Positions 42,451 through 54,199 of a DNA stretch of 64,000 nucleotides are shown here, piece by piece (within the stretch, counting starts at the first letter, position 1; each line of letters starts with the position of its first letter). The DNA lies in NCBI RefSeq assembly GCF_003790525.1, contig NZ_CP033635.1, one strand, 5' to 3'. Made by a program: the position numbers and the translations under genes. Below the pieces are notes generated by a model, which was not told the DNA's origin, did no database searches, and worked only from the letters and a program-made list of their open reading frames with translations. The stretch comes from Escherichia coli. Lineage in GTDB: Bacteria; Pseudomonadota; Gammaproteobacteria; Enterobacterales; Enterobacteriaceae.

Positions 42451-44020
42451 TGTGTTTCTCCGAAACAGATGCGGTGCCTGAAGGCAAAAAATCATGCCAG
42501 GTGCTACGTTGTGCAGGCAGGTCGTGCGTCCCTGAGAGGACTATAGTGGAAGCGCCCGCCAGGATCCTGATGACAGGTTGTGGAATATGCGTTCCCATCG
42601 CCAGCATCATGACCAGCAGAATCACCATTGGCGAGGTGGTCAACCAGCCAAGTTCACCCCGGTTAACGGCCTGCGGCGGTTTCGCCATTAACACCCGCGC
42701 AGCCATCCGTACCAGGCCCGCCAGCACCAGCGTTAACAGCAATAACAGCAGGACGATAAGCAGCAGATGATTACGCGCCAGCCCTGCGGTAACGGTCATA
42801 AATTCGCTAAGAAAAATGTTGAAGGGCGGCATCCCGGCCAGCGCCAGCGCACCGCCGCCAAACAGCACGGCGGTAAATGGCATGATTTTGAGCATTCCGC
42901 AGACGACGTTGAGATCGCGCGTGCCGTACTTGAGCAGTACATTGCCGGAACCGCAGAACAGCAGCGTTTTTGCCAGACTGTGGTTTAAGGTGTGCAGCAG
43001 CGCGGCAAAAATTCCCAGCGGCCCGCCAATGCCTAACGCCACCGCGACCAGTCCCATGTTCTCCACGCTGGAGTACGCCAGCAGACGCTTAATGTCCCGC
43101 TGTACCAGAATGAAAAATGCCGCCACGGCAACCGACAACATGCCGAAGATGAGCAACAACCGGTTGGGGAAATCGCTGCCGATGGCCTGGCAAATAATGA
43201 TGTAATAGCGAATCAGCACCAACAGCGCGCAGTTCAGCAATACGGCGGAGAGCAGGGCGCTGACCGGACTCGGCGCTTCACTGTGAGCATCTGGCAGCCA
43301 GGCGTGCATGGGGAATAGCCCGGTTTTAGTGCCAAAGCCAATTAGCACAAACACAAAGGCCAACAGCATTAATGTTGGGTCAAGCAAGGACGATTGCTTA
43401 AGAACCTCGCTCCAGAATATCGCCATTTCTGCCTGCGGCATAACGCTGGCGGCGTTGGCGTATACCAGCACGGTACCGAACAGACCAAAAGCGACACCAA
43501 CAGTACAAATAATGATGTACTTCCATGCAGCTTCCAGCGATGAACGCTGACCGTAAATGCCTACCAGAAACGCCGAGCTTAAGGTGGTGGCTTCGATCGC
43601 CGCCCACATCACAATCAGGTTATTGCTGGTAACAACCAGCAGCATGGTGAACAAAAACAGATGGAAGAAACCGTAGTAATCGCACAGCGTAACGGGTGAA
43701 AGCTCGCCGTGCTCCACTTCATGACGCATGTAGCCAATCGAGTAAACACCGGTGAGAAAGCCAATCACACCAAGAATGGCGAGGAACAAACCGCCCAGAC
43801 CATCAATATGAAGCCACAGTCCCGCAGCGAATATTTCTCCCGCATCAGCGGCTGTTTGGACCACCCAGAGTGCCAGAATCAGCAGCAGTGTGATCCCTAA
43901 GCTATGTAATACTGTCACCGCGCGAGTCGGAGAGTGCCCCCGTTTCCGGCAGGCAAAACAGAGCAGCGAAAAAAGCAGCGGCGTGAGCAGGAGTAAAGCG
44001 AACATCACAGAATAACTCAT
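42440..44020 (-). CDS. hyfF: Hydrogenase-4 membrane component F (NuoL/M/N-like antiporter subunit)
   Basis: 526 aa polytopic membrane protein. Confidence 0.9.
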   Translation of the reverse strand: MSYSVMFALLLLTPLLFSLLCFACRKRGHSPTRAVTVLHSLGITLLLILALWVVQTAADAGEIFAAGLWLHIDGLGGLFLAILGVIGFLTGVYSIGYMRHEVEHGELSPVTLCDYYGFFHLFLFTMLLVVTSNNLIVMWAAIEATTLSSAFLVGIYGQRSSLEAAWKYIIICTVGVAFGLFGTVLVYANAASVMPQAEMAIFWSEVLKQSSLLDPTLMLLAFVFVLIGFGTKTGLFPMHAWLPDAHSEAPSPVSALLSAVLLNCALLVLIRYYIIICQAIGSDFPNRLLLIFGMLSVAVAAFFILVQRDIKRLLAYSSVENMGLVAVALGIGGPLGIFAALLHTLNHSLAKTLLFCGSGNVLLKYGTRDLNVVCGMLKIMPFTAVLFGGGALALAGMPPFNIFLSEFMTVTAGLARNHLLLIVLLLLLLTLVLAGLVRMAARVLMAKPPQAVNRGELGWLTTSPMVILLVMMLAMGTHIPQPVIRILAGASTIVLSGTHDLPAQRSTWHDFLPSGTASVSEKHSER

Positions 44021-44024
44021 CTCA

Positions 44025-44675
44025 TTATCCCTTCAGCGCGGTCAAGTTGTTCACGTTCAGCGTGCCGTGGGTACGCCATATTTTTCTTGCCAGTAACACC
44101 ATCACAATGACGGCGAAGATGGCGTCGGTAGCGATACCAATTTCCACCAGTTCCGGTGCACGCCAGGCAAGAAGCGCCAGCACCAGATGGGAGCCGTTTT
44201 CCATCAGGCAGTAACCAAAAATTTGCCGCAGGATATTGCGCTGGCTGACAATGCACAGCAGGCCAAGCAGAAAATGACCTAACGCCACCGCCAGCGCCGG
44301 TTTCAGCCCGGTAGCCATCGGTAGCTTCACGGGCTGAACGACAAATGCGCAAAGCAGGACAATTAACGCCGCGAGCAGTGTCATCATTGCCGGACCGAAT
44401 AACGCTTTTTCCGGGAGGTTCTGGGGAATATTTCGTGCAGCGTAAGTCATGATTAACGGTACCAGCAGCACTTTGGTGATAAAGGCGCTGGCGGACCAGA
44501 TCAGCAGTTGCTCTGCGGCGAACAGGCACGAGAGAGTGGCGAAAATAGACACCAGCACCAGCGACTGGCAGGCGTAAAATCCGCATGACAGGCGATAGCT
44601 TTTGACACTAATCACAAACAGCGATGTCAGCATCATCAGTCCCGCCAGATTATTTACGATCATAGAACCGGTCAT
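44025..44675 (-). CDS. hyfE: Hydrogenase-4 membrane component E
   Basis: 216 aa membrane protein. Confidence 0.9.
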   Translation of the reverse strand: MTGSMIVNNLAGLMMLTSLFVISVKSYRLSCGFYACQSLVLVSIFATLSCLFAAEQLLIWSASAFITKVLLVPLIMTYAARNIPQNLPEKALFGPAMMTLLAALIVLLCAFVVQPVKLPMATGLKPALAVALGHFLLGLLCIVSQRNILRQIFGYCLMENGSHLVLALLAWRAPELVEIGIATDAIFAVIVMVLLARKIWRTHGTLNVNNLTALKG

Positions 44676-44686
44676 TCATCATCTCC

Positions 44687-46126
44687 TTACTGCAACCAGG
44701 TCGCGGCGATTACGCTGGAAATCAGCGACATCACAATCAGTACAATCAACACCAGGCGCATTGATCCTGGCAGCGGTGCGGCATCGGCGACGGCCTCGCT
44801 CGGTTTGCCAGGCACGACGCGACCAAACCAGCGAATAAACCAGGCGAAACTGGCGACCGATTCAATCATCAGCAGAATCATGGCGGGCAGCAGGATCCAG
44901 TACTCCACTGACAACGAAAAACCGGCAGCAAACAGCGGGAATTTACTGAAGAAGCCGTTGAACGGCGGTACGCCAGTAATCGCCAGCGCGGCTACGCAGA
45001 AACCCACGCCTGGCAACGGCAGGGTGTGCAATACGCCACGCAGACGCGGCAACAAGCGCGTGCCGCAGCTGTAACTCAGCGCACCTGCTACAAGGAAAAA
45101 CAGGCTTTTAGCGAACGCGTGGTTGACGATGTAGGCGATGCTGCCCTCCAGCGACAGCCGCGAGCCGAAGATGGAGAGCGACAAGCCGAAAAACATCCAG
45201 CCAAGTTGAGTGATGGTCGACCAGGCCAGCAACCGCTTCATATCCTGCTGTGGCAAATACATCAGGAAGCCGTAAAGAATGGTGACCAGTGCCATAACCA
45301 TGCCAACGCCGCCAATCACATGCGGGATATTGCCGCCGTCGATAATGGCACGGGCAAAAATGTAAACGCCCACTTTCACCATCGATGCGGCGTGGAGATA
45401 GGCGCTGATCGGTGTTGGCGCTTCCATTGCATCCGGTAGCCACGCTTGCATCGGTAGCTGGGCCGATTTCCCCCACGCGGCAAACAGAATGCCGCCATAA
45501 ACCAGATAACGTGCGTCGCCGTGTAACTCGCTCATCGCGCTAAGCGCAAACGTTCCGGTCTGCAAAAACAGCGTGGCGGCGGCAAGATACAACCCCAGCG
45601 AACCGATATGAGTGATAAGTAACGCTTTTAGTGCTGAACGCTGCGCTTTATCGCTCTGGTAATAACTGATCAACGCCCAGGAGCAGCCGCCCGTAATTTC
45701 AAAAAACAACAACTGACCGAGCAGCGTTGAGGAGAGTACCAGTCCCGCCATCGCGCCGATAAACACCAGCAAAAATGCGTAATAACGATTCGTGCCGTTA
45801 TGCGGGTGTTCGCGATTTTTATCCGTCAGATAACCCGTGGAGTAGATCGTGACCAGCAAACCGAGGAACACCACCACAAACAGAATCAGCGTACTCACGC
45901 GATCAATGACCAGGCCAAACAACGCCACATCCCCCACGTTGACCAACGTCAACGTGACGGCAACTTTATCGGCCTGATAAAACGCGGAGATCAGCGACAA
46001 CATGCACAGCGTGGTCAGCGCGGCGAACAAAATCCCCCATTCGGCGGCCCGACGTTGTGGCGAAAACGAAACGACCAGTGCGCCGATAAAAGGCAGCAAT
46101 AACGTCGTCAGAGCAAGATTTTCCAT
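44687..46126 (-). CDS. hyfD: Hydrogenase-4 membrane component D
   Basis: 479 aa antiporter-like subunit. Confidence 0.9.
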   Translation of the reverse strand: MENLALTTLLLPFIGALVVSFSPQRRAAEWGILFAALTTLCMLSLISAFYQADKVAVTLTLVNVGDVALFGLVIDRVSTLILFVVVFLGLLVTIYSTGYLTDKNREHPHNGTNRYYAFLLVFIGAMAGLVLSSTLLGQLLFFEITGGCSWALISYYQSDKAQRSALKALLITHIGSLGLYLAAATLFLQTGTFALSAMSELHGDARYLVYGGILFAAWGKSAQLPMQAWLPDAMEAPTPISAYLHAASMVKVGVYIFARAIIDGGNIPHVIGGVGMVMALVTILYGFLMYLPQQDMKRLLAWSTITQLGWMFFGLSLSIFGSRLSLEGSIAYIVNHAFAKSLFFLVAGALSYSCGTRLLPRLRGVLHTLPLPGVGFCVAALAITGVPPFNGFFSKFPLFAAGFSLSVEYWILLPAMILLMIESVASFAWFIRWFGRVVPGKPSEAVADAAPLPGSMRLVLIVLIVMSLISSVIAATWLQ

Positions 46127-46142
46127 ATTCCGTCAGTGCTCC

Positions 46143-47090
46143 TTACAGACCGGTTAACCAGAAGACCCAGGCAAGCGCAGCAAGGCTGAAGCCAAGCCAG
46201 GTCACATGGTGAATGAGTAAAAAACGCCCGCGTGCCAGCGTGTTTTCTGCGATAGAGGCCAGAACAAAAATCAGCAAAACCTTGAGCAGCGTAACGACAA
46301 GTGAAGTCAGCAGGCAGGTGAGAGAAAGCTCTTGCGCGCGCCCAAAGGGCAGAAACAGGGCCACAAACAGTGATGCCATCACGACCTGTTTCAGCCCCAG
46401 CCCCAACTTCGCCAGCGCCAGCCCGGCACCGGAATATTCGGTCAGCGGGCCTTCCTGTAATTCCTGTTCTGCTTCAGCAACATCAAAGGGAATTTTTCCC
46501 ATCTCAATGAAGCAGGCAAAACCACAGGCCAGTAACGCCAGTACGGTGGTTAGCGGCGAGTTCCAGCCCGTCGCCAGCGTCTTGCTGATCATCTCGATAT
46601 GCGTGGAATCCGCTATCAGCGCCAATACCAGCAGTGAGAGAATGAGCATGGGTTCGACCAGAATGCCGAGCGTTAACTCGCGACTGGCACCGATTCCCGC
46701 AAAGGGGCTTCCGGTATCCAGCCCGGAAAGAGCAAAGAAAAAACGAAATAGGGCAAGAAGATAGATAAGGGTGATCAGATCGCCGCCGCCCGCAAAAGGG
46801 GAAACAGTAATAAATAGTGGTAGGGCCATCGCCAGCACCAGCATGCTGCTGATTAATACCCACGGCATCAGGCGGAACATCAGACCTGAAGATGTCGGCG
46901 CAACTTCCTGGCGTTTAAACAGTTTGTGGATATCGCGATAATCCTGCCAGATCCCCGGTCCGCGACGGGAGTGCATACGCGCGCGTATCTGCCGGGAAAT
47001 CCCCGTAAAAAGCGGGGTTAGCGCCAGCAGAATCACGGCCTGTGCTAACGCAAAAATGATCAGATATCCGTCGCAAAGAGTTTGTCTCAT
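46143..47090 (-). CDS. hyfC: Hydrogenase-4 membrane component C (NuoH-like)
   Basis: 315 aa from MRQTLCDGYL. Confidence 0.9.
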   Translation of the reverse strand: MRQTLCDGYLIIFALAQAVILLALTPLFTGISRQIRARMHSRRGPGIWQDYRDIHKLFKRQEVAPTSSGLMFRLMPWVLISSMLVLAMALPLFITVSPFAGGGDLITLIYLLALFRFFFALSGLDTGSPFAGIGASRELTLGILVEPMLILSLLVLALIADSTHIEMISKTLATGWNSPLTTVLALLACGFACFIEMGKIPFDVAEAEQELQEGPLTEYSGAGLALAKLGLGLKQVVMASLFVALFLPFGRAQELSLTCLLTSLVVTLLKVLLIFVLASIAENTLARGRFLLIHHVTWLGFSLAALAWVFWLTGL

Positions 47091-47100
47091 GGTGATTTCC

Positions 47101-49119
47101 TTAGACGGCAATAGCGATTAGCAGCACAACCAGTGCGGCGACCACATACAGGCAATAGAGACGAAAGTCGCCGCTTTGCAGATGCTGTATTTCTTTGGCC
47201 AGCCGTTGGGTGGCGCTCACGATGGGGCGGATCACCCGCTCATCCCAGAAGGGTTCTGTGCTCTGAGCCCTGGCGGTGACGTGCGCAAGACCTTTGTTCA
47301 GCCTCAGCGTAGGGTCGAGCTGTTGTCGTAGACGAAATAGCGCACAAAAGACCACACGCAGCGGCTGCATCACGCCATTGCCTGACGGGGCCATCGCATT
47401 ATCCCAGCCGTAGCCGCATGCCCAGGCATCTCCTGTGCGACGAAACGCTGCGCGGCGCGAACGACACCACAGCCAGTAAAGGCCAGGCAGCAAAGGCATC
47501 GCCAGTAGTAACAGCAACAGTAATGAGGGAGTGACCCGTGTATGAAACGTGCCGGGTACAAGTGCTATTCCGCTGGCGACAGTGACGGGAGGGGTATTGG
47601 TAAACGCATGGGCAATGTGCATTATCTTCGGTGCCAGCCAACTGGCACTAAGCGCAATGAATACGCAGAGTGCCGCGAGCAGTAGCATGGCGACGATCAT
47701 CGTATTTGGCACGTCCTGTGCCTCTTCAGCGTGTGTACTGCGCGGCGCACCACAGAAAGTAATGCCGTACATTTTGACGAAGCACATTACTGCCAGCCCA
47801 CCAGTGACTGCCAGCATCACCATAGCAATAGGACCCGCAAGTTGTAGCGCTACGGCTTCCACACGACTTAGTGAGAACAGCGACTGCCAGGTGTACCATT
47901 CGCTGATAAAACCATTCAGCGGAGGAATGGCTGATATCGCGAGGCAACCAATCAGGCATGCTGCGGCTGTCCACGGCATCCGTTTTGCCAGTGCCCCCAT
48001 TTTTTCCATGTCGTGGGTATGCAAACGCGAAATAATCGCACCCGCGCCGAGAAATAGCAGCCCTTTGAACAGCGCATGGTTGAGCAGATGAAACAGTGCG
48101 CCGAGCAGTCCAACCATGGTGAGCAGCGGGTCGTGCAGTGACAGACCGACCATGGACACACCGACCGCCAGCAAAATAATGCCGACGTTTTCGACGGTAC
48201 TCCAGGCCAGCAGCCGTTTGATATCCTGTTCCGCCAGCGCATACAGCACGCCCAGGAGCGCGGAGATTGCGCCGATCGCCATCACCAGAATGCCCCACCA
48301 CAGCGGCAAACCCGTTTGCGCCAGCAGATCCATCGCCACTTTCAGGATGCCGAAAATACCGATTTTGACCATTACGCCAGACATCAACGCCGAAGCGTGC
48401 GATGGTGCGGCAGGGTGAGCGCGCGGCAACCAGCTGTGCAACGGCATCATCCCGGCTTTCGCGCCAAAACCGAAGAAGGCCAGCAGGAACACCGCCGACG
48501 CCAGCCCCGGAGAAAGTGAAAGCGTGCGGAAACTGGCAAAATCGAGGCTGCCGCTTTCGCGCCCCATCAGCAAGAAGGCGATCATAATCAGCACCGATCC
48601 GGCGTGGGCGATAAAAACGTAGAGCATGCCAGCGTTGATTGACGTTTTATCCTGCCTGGCAATGACCAGAAACCAGGAAGACAGCGACATCATTTCAAAC
48701 AGCACGATGAACCAAAAAGCGTTATCCATCACCAGCAGGGCAACCATCGAGGCGATGAAAAGATTCATAAAGAAGCCCATCGCCGCCGCGCCTTTGCCCT
48801 CGTATTCGCGCATATAAGTCAATGAATAGAGCGAACAAACCACCACCAGCAAGGAGATAACCAGCACCATAAATGCCGAGAGGCTATCCATTCGCAGGGT
48901 TAAATCGGCAAAGTCAAAAGGCGTGGCAAAACGGGCGACTAAAGTTACGCCTGCATGTAATTGCGTAATTCCGCTGATGATGCCAATCACGCCGCCCACC
49001 AGCGATGTGATGCCGGAAAGCTTAATAGCCAGTCTGTCCAGACCGAGTAAAAACAGCGAAGCCAGACTGGCAAACAGATAGAGGATCAGCGACCAGGTTA
49101 ATAATTGCAGGGCATCCAT
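47101..49119 (-). CDS. hyfB: Hydrogenase-4 membrane component B
   Basis: 672 aa antiporter-like subunit. Confidence 0.9.
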   Translation of the reverse strand: MDALQLLTWSLILYLFASLASLFLLGLDRLAIKLSGITSLVGGVIGIISGITQLHAGVTLVARFATPFDFADLTLRMDSLSAFMVLVISLLVVVCSLYSLTYMREYEGKGAAAMGFFMNLFIASMVALLVMDNAFWFIVLFEMMSLSSWFLVIARQDKTSINAGMLYVFIAHAGSVLIMIAFLLMGRESGSLDFASFRTLSLSPGLASAVFLLAFFGFGAKAGMMPLHSWLPRAHPAAPSHASALMSGVMVKIGIFGILKVAMDLLAQTGLPLWWGILVMAIGAISALLGVLYALAEQDIKRLLAWSTVENVGIILLAVGVSMVGLSLHDPLLTMVGLLGALFHLLNHALFKGLLFLGAGAIISRLHTHDMEKMGALAKRMPWTAAACLIGCLAISAIPPLNGFISEWYTWQSLFSLSRVEAVALQLAGPIAMVMLAVTGGLAVMCFVKMYGITFCGAPRSTHAEEAQDVPNTMIVAMLLLAALCVFIALSASWLAPKIMHIAHAFTNTPPVTVASGIALVPGTFHTRVTPSLLLLLLLAMPLLPGLYWLWCRSRRAAFRRTGDAWACGYGWDNAMAPSGNGVMQPLRVVFCALFRLRQQLDPTLRLNKGLAHVTARAQSTEPFWDERVIRPIVSATQRLAKEIQHLQSGDFRLYCLYVVAALVVLLIAIAV

Positions 49120-49736
49120 TAGCGTTGCTCCTGAGTGAGGGAAAGGGGATCCTCCCCGCCATTGGCAAACCAGCTTGCGGCAAGGCGCTGTTTTTCTTTC
49201 ATCTGACGTTGCAGTCTATCGTCGGTGATCAGCCGTAACGCCTGATTCGGACAAGCGCGAACGCAGGCCGGACCTTCTGGCAAGAAATCACACAGGTCGC
49301 ATTTCACCGCGACGGTCTGGACACCCGGTTCCCAGCGCAGCAAAGCATGTTGGGTCGACACGTTTTCTTCGCCGTCTTTGAGTGAGCCCTCAGCCTGAAA
49401 AACATATTGCGCAGGGGCATTCACCGGACGGCTTCCTGAAGCGCTGATTGCGCCAAATGGGCAGACCACGGCGCAAAGCTTGCAACCAATACAAAGGCTT
49501 TCGTTGAGTTGGATCGCATCATCCCTCTGGGAGATGGCATTGACCGGGCAGACCTGCAGGCAAGGGGCTTCCTCACAGTGATGACACACGACAGGGGCAG
49601 TGAGTGTTGACGTCTTCGCCAGGGCCAGGCGCGGGTGTTGCTGTAAACCTTGCGTTTTATGCACGTCCGAACAGGCAGCGAGACAGGTATTACATCCTGT
49701 ACACCACAGTGGTTCGGCCACCACAAAGCGGTTCAT
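49119..49736 (-). CDS. hyfA: Hydrogenase-4 ferredoxin component A
   Basis: 205 aa from MNRFVVAEPLWCTGC, multiple 4Fe-4S motifs. Confidence 0.9.
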   Translation of the reverse strand: MNRFVVAEPLWCTGCNTCLAACSDVHKTQGLQQHPRLALAKTSTLTAPVVCHHCEEAPCLQVCPVNAISQRDDAIQLNESLCIGCKLCAVVCPFGAISASGSRPVNAPAQYVFQAEGSLKDGEENVSTQHALLRWEPGVQTVAVKCDLCDFLPEGPACVRACPNQALRLITDDRLQRQMKEKQRLAASWFANGGEDPLSLTQEQR

Positions 49737-49777
49737 GTCGGCTCCTTGAAAATGATATGAAACATTGCATTTCATAT

Positions 49778-49793
49778 TGCATAAAGAATGCCA
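49778..49793 (-). promoter_or_regulatory. Sigma54-type promoter (-24 TGGCAT, -12 TGCA) upstream of hyfA
   Basis: TGGCAT-N5-aTGCA read on the - strand with GG and GC in the canonical 12-nt register; hyf is known to be sigma54- and HyfR-dependent. Confidence 0.5.
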
Positions 49794-49988
49794 GTCTGAT
49801 TAATTTAATATATTCAATAAGTTATGAATTAACTGTATTCTGAACGGTACAAAAATGATGGTCATTAACGTTCAGCAATAAATGGATTCGACACCCGTGT
49901 CGCAGGGGAAAGCGAGAATGTGATCTTGATCACGAGAAGTGAGGTGTGCTGGCCGCAAGCACAGCCAGCACGGAATGGAGCAAAGTAA

Positions 49989-50459
49989 TCAGGCGTGTTC
50001 TTTCAGCCAGTTCAGCACAACGTCGTGGTGATTGCTGGTTTTGAAATCGTCAAAGACATGTTCGATTTTGCCATCAGCGTCAATCAGGAAGCTGATGCGA
50101 TGAATACCATCGTAGGTTTTGCCCATGAAGGACTTTTCACCCCAGACGCCGAATTGTTCGCACACCTGGTGGTCCTCATCAGACAGGAGCGTAAAGTTAA
50201 GCAGCTCTTTTTCCGCAAAACGGGAGAGTTTTTCGGGTTTATCGGTGCTGATACCCAGCACATCGACGCCCGCTTTTTTCAACTCATCCATGTTATCGCG
50301 TAAGCCGCAGGCCTGTACGGTACAGCCGGGGGTCATGGCTTTCGGGTAGAAATAAACCAGAACACGCTGTCCCTGGAAGTCGGTCAAATTAACTTGTTCT
50401 CCGTCTTGATCCGGCAAGCTAAATTTCGGTGCGATATCACCGGCTTTCAGTGGATTCAT
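49989..50459 (-). CDS. bcp: Thiol peroxidase (bacterioferritin comigratory protein)
   Basis: 156 aa peroxiredoxin with TPGCT motif. Confidence 0.95.
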   Translation of the reverse strand: MNPLKAGDIAPKFSLPDQDGEQVNLTDFQGQRVLVYFYPKAMTPGCTVQACGLRDNMDELKKAGVDVLGISTDKPEKLSRFAEKELLNFTLLSDEDHQVCEQFGVWGEKSFMGKTYDGIHRISFLIDADGKIEHVFDDFKTSNHHDVVLNWLKEHA

Positions 50460-51031
50460 TACTTAACTCCATCCTGTTCATCATGTTGGGAATAATTGAC
50501 GACGTTAATACTGCCTTGTGCATTGAGTTCTGTACATAGGGCTTTGAACGCTTGCTCAATATTTGCTGCGTCCGCAGATGCGGGGCTGTGGGCAGTTATC
50601 TGAATATGCAACTGCGCAGCCCGTTCATTTTCAGCAGGTTGCGTGCGCGACACCAGCTCCGCAATGTTCATATGATGCGCGTCGAAAAGTGCTGTGAAGC
50701 GTTCAATTAAATGCGGGGAGTCTGCCACATCGACCTGAACCCAGACAGATGCTGGCATTGGCGGACGCGGACGCGCCGTCGTGCGCTTCATCACGATTAA
50801 AAGATCCAGTTCGGCACCTTTCAACGGTAACGTTGATTCAATCAGAGTAATGGCATTCCATGAACCGGAAAGCAGCATGATAAACGTGAACTCTTCTCCC
50901 AGCATCGCCAGGCGACTGTCTTCAATATTACAGCCGCAACTACTGACATGACGGGTGATGGTGTTCACTATTCCAGGGCGATCGGCACCCAACGCAGTGA
51001 TCACCAGATAATGTTGCGATGACAGTGTCAA
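50459..51031 (-). CDS. gcvR: Glycine cleavage system transcriptional repressor (TTG start)
   Basis: 190 aa from (M)TLSSQHYLVITALGADRPGIV; TTG at 51031. Confidence 0.85.
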   Translation of the reverse strand: MTLSSQHYLVITALGADRPGIVNTITRHVSSCGCNIEDSRLAMLGEEFTFIMLLSGSWNAITLIESTLPLKGAELDLLIVMKRTTARPRPPMPASVWVQVDVADSPHLIERFTALFDAHHMNIAELVSRTQPAENERAAQLHIQITAHSPASADAANIEQAFKALCTELNAQGSINVVNYSQHDEQDGVK

Positions 51032-51176
51032 ACTGGTTATTCCTTCAAGGGGTGAGTTGTTCTTAAGGAAAGCATAAAAAAAACATGCATACAACAATCA
51101 GAACGGTTCTGTCTGCTTGCTTTTAATGCCATACCAAACGTACCATTGAGACACTTGTTTGCACAGAGGATGGCCC

Positions 51177-52055
51177 ATGTTCACGGGAAGTATTGTCGCG
51201 ATTGTTACTCCGATGGATGAAAAAGGTAATGTCTGTCGGGCTAGCTTGAAAAAACTGATTGATTATCATGTCGCCAGCGGTACTTCGGCGATCGTTTCTG
51301 TTGGCACCACTGGCGAGTCCGCTACCTTAAATCATGACGAACATGCTGATGTGGTGATGATGACGCTGGAGCTGGCTGACGGGCGCATTCCGGTGATTGC
51401 CGGGACCGGTGCTAACGCTACTGCGGAAGCCATTAGCCTGACGCAGCGCTTCAATGACAGCGGTATCGTCGGCTGCCTGACGGTAACCCCTTACTACAAT
51501 CGTCCGTCGCAAGAAGGTTTGTATCAGCATTTCAAAGCCATCGCTGAACATACTGACCTGCCGCAAATTCTGTATAATGTGCCGTCCCGTACTGGCTGCG
51601 ATCTGCTCCCGGAAACGGTGGGCCGTCTGGCGAAAGTAAAAAATATTATCGGAATCAAAGAGGCAACAGGGAACTTAACGCGTGTAAACCAGATCAAAGA
51701 GCTGGTTTCAGATGATTTTGTTCTGCTGAGCGGCGATGATGCGAGCGCGCTGGACTTCATGCAATTAGGCGGTCATGGGGTTATTTCCGTTACGGCTAAC
51801 GTCGCAGCGCGTGATATGGCCCAGATGTGCAAACTGGCAGCAGAAGGGCATTTTGCCGAGGCACGCGTTATTAATCAGCGTCTGATGCCATTACACAACA
51901 AACTATTTGTCGAACCCAATCCAATCCCTGTGAAATGGGCATGTAAGGAACTGGGTCTTGTGGCGACCGATACGCTGCGCCTGCCAATGACACCTATCAC
52001 CGACAGTGGTCGTGAGACGGTCAGAGCGGCGCTTAAGCATGCCGGTTTGCTGTAA
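51177..52055 (+). CDS. dapA: 4-hydroxy-tetrahydrodipicolinate synthase
   Basis: 292 aa from [15 protein letters not shown]. Confidence 0.95.
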   Translation: MFTGSIVAIVTPMDEKGNVCRASLKKLIDYHVASGTSAIVSVGTTGESATLNHDEHADVVMMTLELADGRIPVIAGTGANATAEAISLTQRFNDSGIVGCLTVTPYYNRPSQEGLYQHFKAIAEHTDLPQILYNVPSRTGCDLLPETVGRLAKVKNIIGIKEATGNLTRVNQIKELVSDDFVLLSGDDASALDFMQLGGHGVISVTANVAARDMAQMCKLAAEGHFAEARVINQRLMPLHNKLFVEPNPIPVKWACKELGLVATDTLRLPMTPITDSGRETVRAALKHAGLL

Positions 52056-52071
52056 AGTTTAGGGAGATTTG

Positions 52072-53106
52072 ATGGCTTACTCTGTTCAAAAGTCGCGCCT
52101 GGCAAAGGTTGCGGGTGTTTCGCTTGTTTTATTACTCGCTGCCTGTAGTTCTGACTCACGCTATAAGCGTCAGGTCAGTGGTGATGAAGCCTACCTGGAA
52201 GCGGCACCGCTTGCGGAGCTTCATGCCCCGGCTGGAATGATTTTGCCGGTGACCTCCGGTGATTATGCAATCCCGGTGACCAACGGTAGTGGTGCTGTCG
52301 GTAAGGCGCTGGACATTCGTCCACCAGCCCAGCCGCTGGCACTGGTTTCTGGCGCGCGTACCCAGTTCACGGGCGATACCGCTTCATTGCTGGTGGAAAA
52401 TGGTCGTGGCAATACTCTGTGGCCGCAGGTGGTTAGCGTGCTGCAGGCGAAAAACTACACCATCACCCAACGTGATGATGCTGGTCAGACACTGACCACC
52501 GATTGGGTACAATGGAACCGTCTGGACGAAGACGAGCAGTATCGTGGTCGTTATCAAATCTCTGTTAAGCCGCAGGGTTATCAGCAGGCGGTTACGGTTA
52601 AACTGCTGAACCTGGAACAGGCGGGCAAACCGGTTGCAGACGCGGCTTCCATGCAGCGTTACAGCACGGAGATGATGAACGTTATTTCCGCCGGTCTGGA
52701 TAAATCTGCCACTGACGCCGCGAACGCTGCGCAAAATCGTGCCTCCACCACTATGGACGTACAAAGTGCAGCTGATGACACCGGTTTACCGATGCTGGTC
52801 GTACGCGGGCCGTTCAATGTGGTTTGGCAACGTCTGCCAGCGGCGCTGGAAAAAGTGGGCATGAAAGTGACCGACAGCACCCGTTCGCAGGGTAACATGG
52901 CCGTAACTTACAAGCCGCTGTCTGACAGCGACTGGCAGGAACTGGGCGCGAGCGATCCAGGCCTGGCATCCGGTGACTATAAACTGCAGGTTGGCGATTT
53001 AGATAACCGCAGCAGCCTACAGTTCATCGATCCGAAAGGTCATACTCTGACTCAGAGTCAGAATGACGCGCTGGTAGCTGTCTTCCAGGCTGCGTTTAGC
53101 AAGTAA
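52072..53106 (+). CDS. bamC: Outer membrane protein assembly factor BamC (lipoprotein)
   Basis: 344 aa, lipobox LAAC. Confidence 0.95.
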
Positions 53107-53210
53107 AAATACAGGGCTGGAGTCATCCGGCCCTTTTTTCTGATATGATACGCAAACGTGTGCGTCGGCAGAAAAACGCGATTTTAGCGGTAATTCGCAC
53201 GAAATTTGTT

Positions 53211-53255
<45 letters not shown>

Positions 53256-53318
53256 ACATCTGGCACACCAGACAGCAATAGATTTTAAAACGTTAATTCA
53301 CACCCAGGAGTGATAAAG

Positions 53319-54032
53319 ATGCAAAAGCAAGCTGAGTTGTATCGTGGTAAAGCGAAAACCGTATACAGCACGGAAAACCCGGACCTGTTGGTGCTCGAAT
53401 TCCGCAATGATACGTCAGCAGGGGATGGCGCGCGCATTGAGCAGTTTGATCGCAAAGGTATGGTGAACAACAAGTTCAACTACTTCATTATGAGCAAACT
53501 GGCTGAAGCGGGTATCCCGACTCAAATGGAGCGTCTGCTCTCCGATACCGAATGTCTGGTGAAAAAGCTGGATATGGTGCCGGTTGAGTGTGTCGTGCGT
53601 AACCGTGCTGCTGGCTCTCTGGTGAAACGTCTTGGAATCGAAGAAGGTATTGAGCTGAACCCGCCACTGTTCGATCTGTTCCTGAAAAACGACGCCATGC
53701 ACGATCCGATGGTCAACGAATCTTACTGCGAAACCTTTGGCTGGGTGAGCAAAGAGAACCTGGCGCGTATGAAAGAGCTGACCTACAAAGCGAACGACGT
53801 GCTGAAAAAACTGTTCGATGATGCTGGTCTCATTCTGGTCGACTTCAAGCTGGAGTTTGGTCTGTACAAAGGCGAAGTGGTTCTGGGCGATGAGTTCTCC
53901 CCGGACGGCAGCCGCCTGTGGGACAAAGAAACGCTGGAGAAAATGGACAAAGACCGTTTCCGCCAGAGCCTCGGTGGCCTGATCGAAGCCTATGAAGCCG
54001 TTGCCCGCCGCCTGGGTGTACAGCTGGACTGA
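53319..54032 (+). CDS. purC: SAICAR synthetase
   Basis: 237 aa from [16 protein letters not shown]. Confidence 0.95.
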
Positions 54033-54199
54033 TTTTTCTATTCATCATCTTGCCGTGCTGCTGGCACGGCAAGACAACCGCTCTCATAAGATGTGCATTG
54101 AACGCTCATTCCTCCGCCATTTCATCCCGCTTTCCTGTGGTAATCTTCCTCTGAACCACCTACGATCATTTCTATAATGAATATATTGTTGAGGTATCT

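Noticed and set aside
47549-48301. Antisense and alternate-frame ORFs inside hyfB, and similar ORFs inside tmcA (55179..55877) and other chromosomal genes
   Set aside because: They lie within well-known conserved genes; GC-rich coding DNA commonly yields such spurious frames.
36107-49793. hyf hydrogenase-4 cluster as a novel system
   Set aside because: Gene content, order and sizes (hyfABCDEFGHIJ, hyfR, focB) match the well-known K-12 locus; nothing unusual seen.
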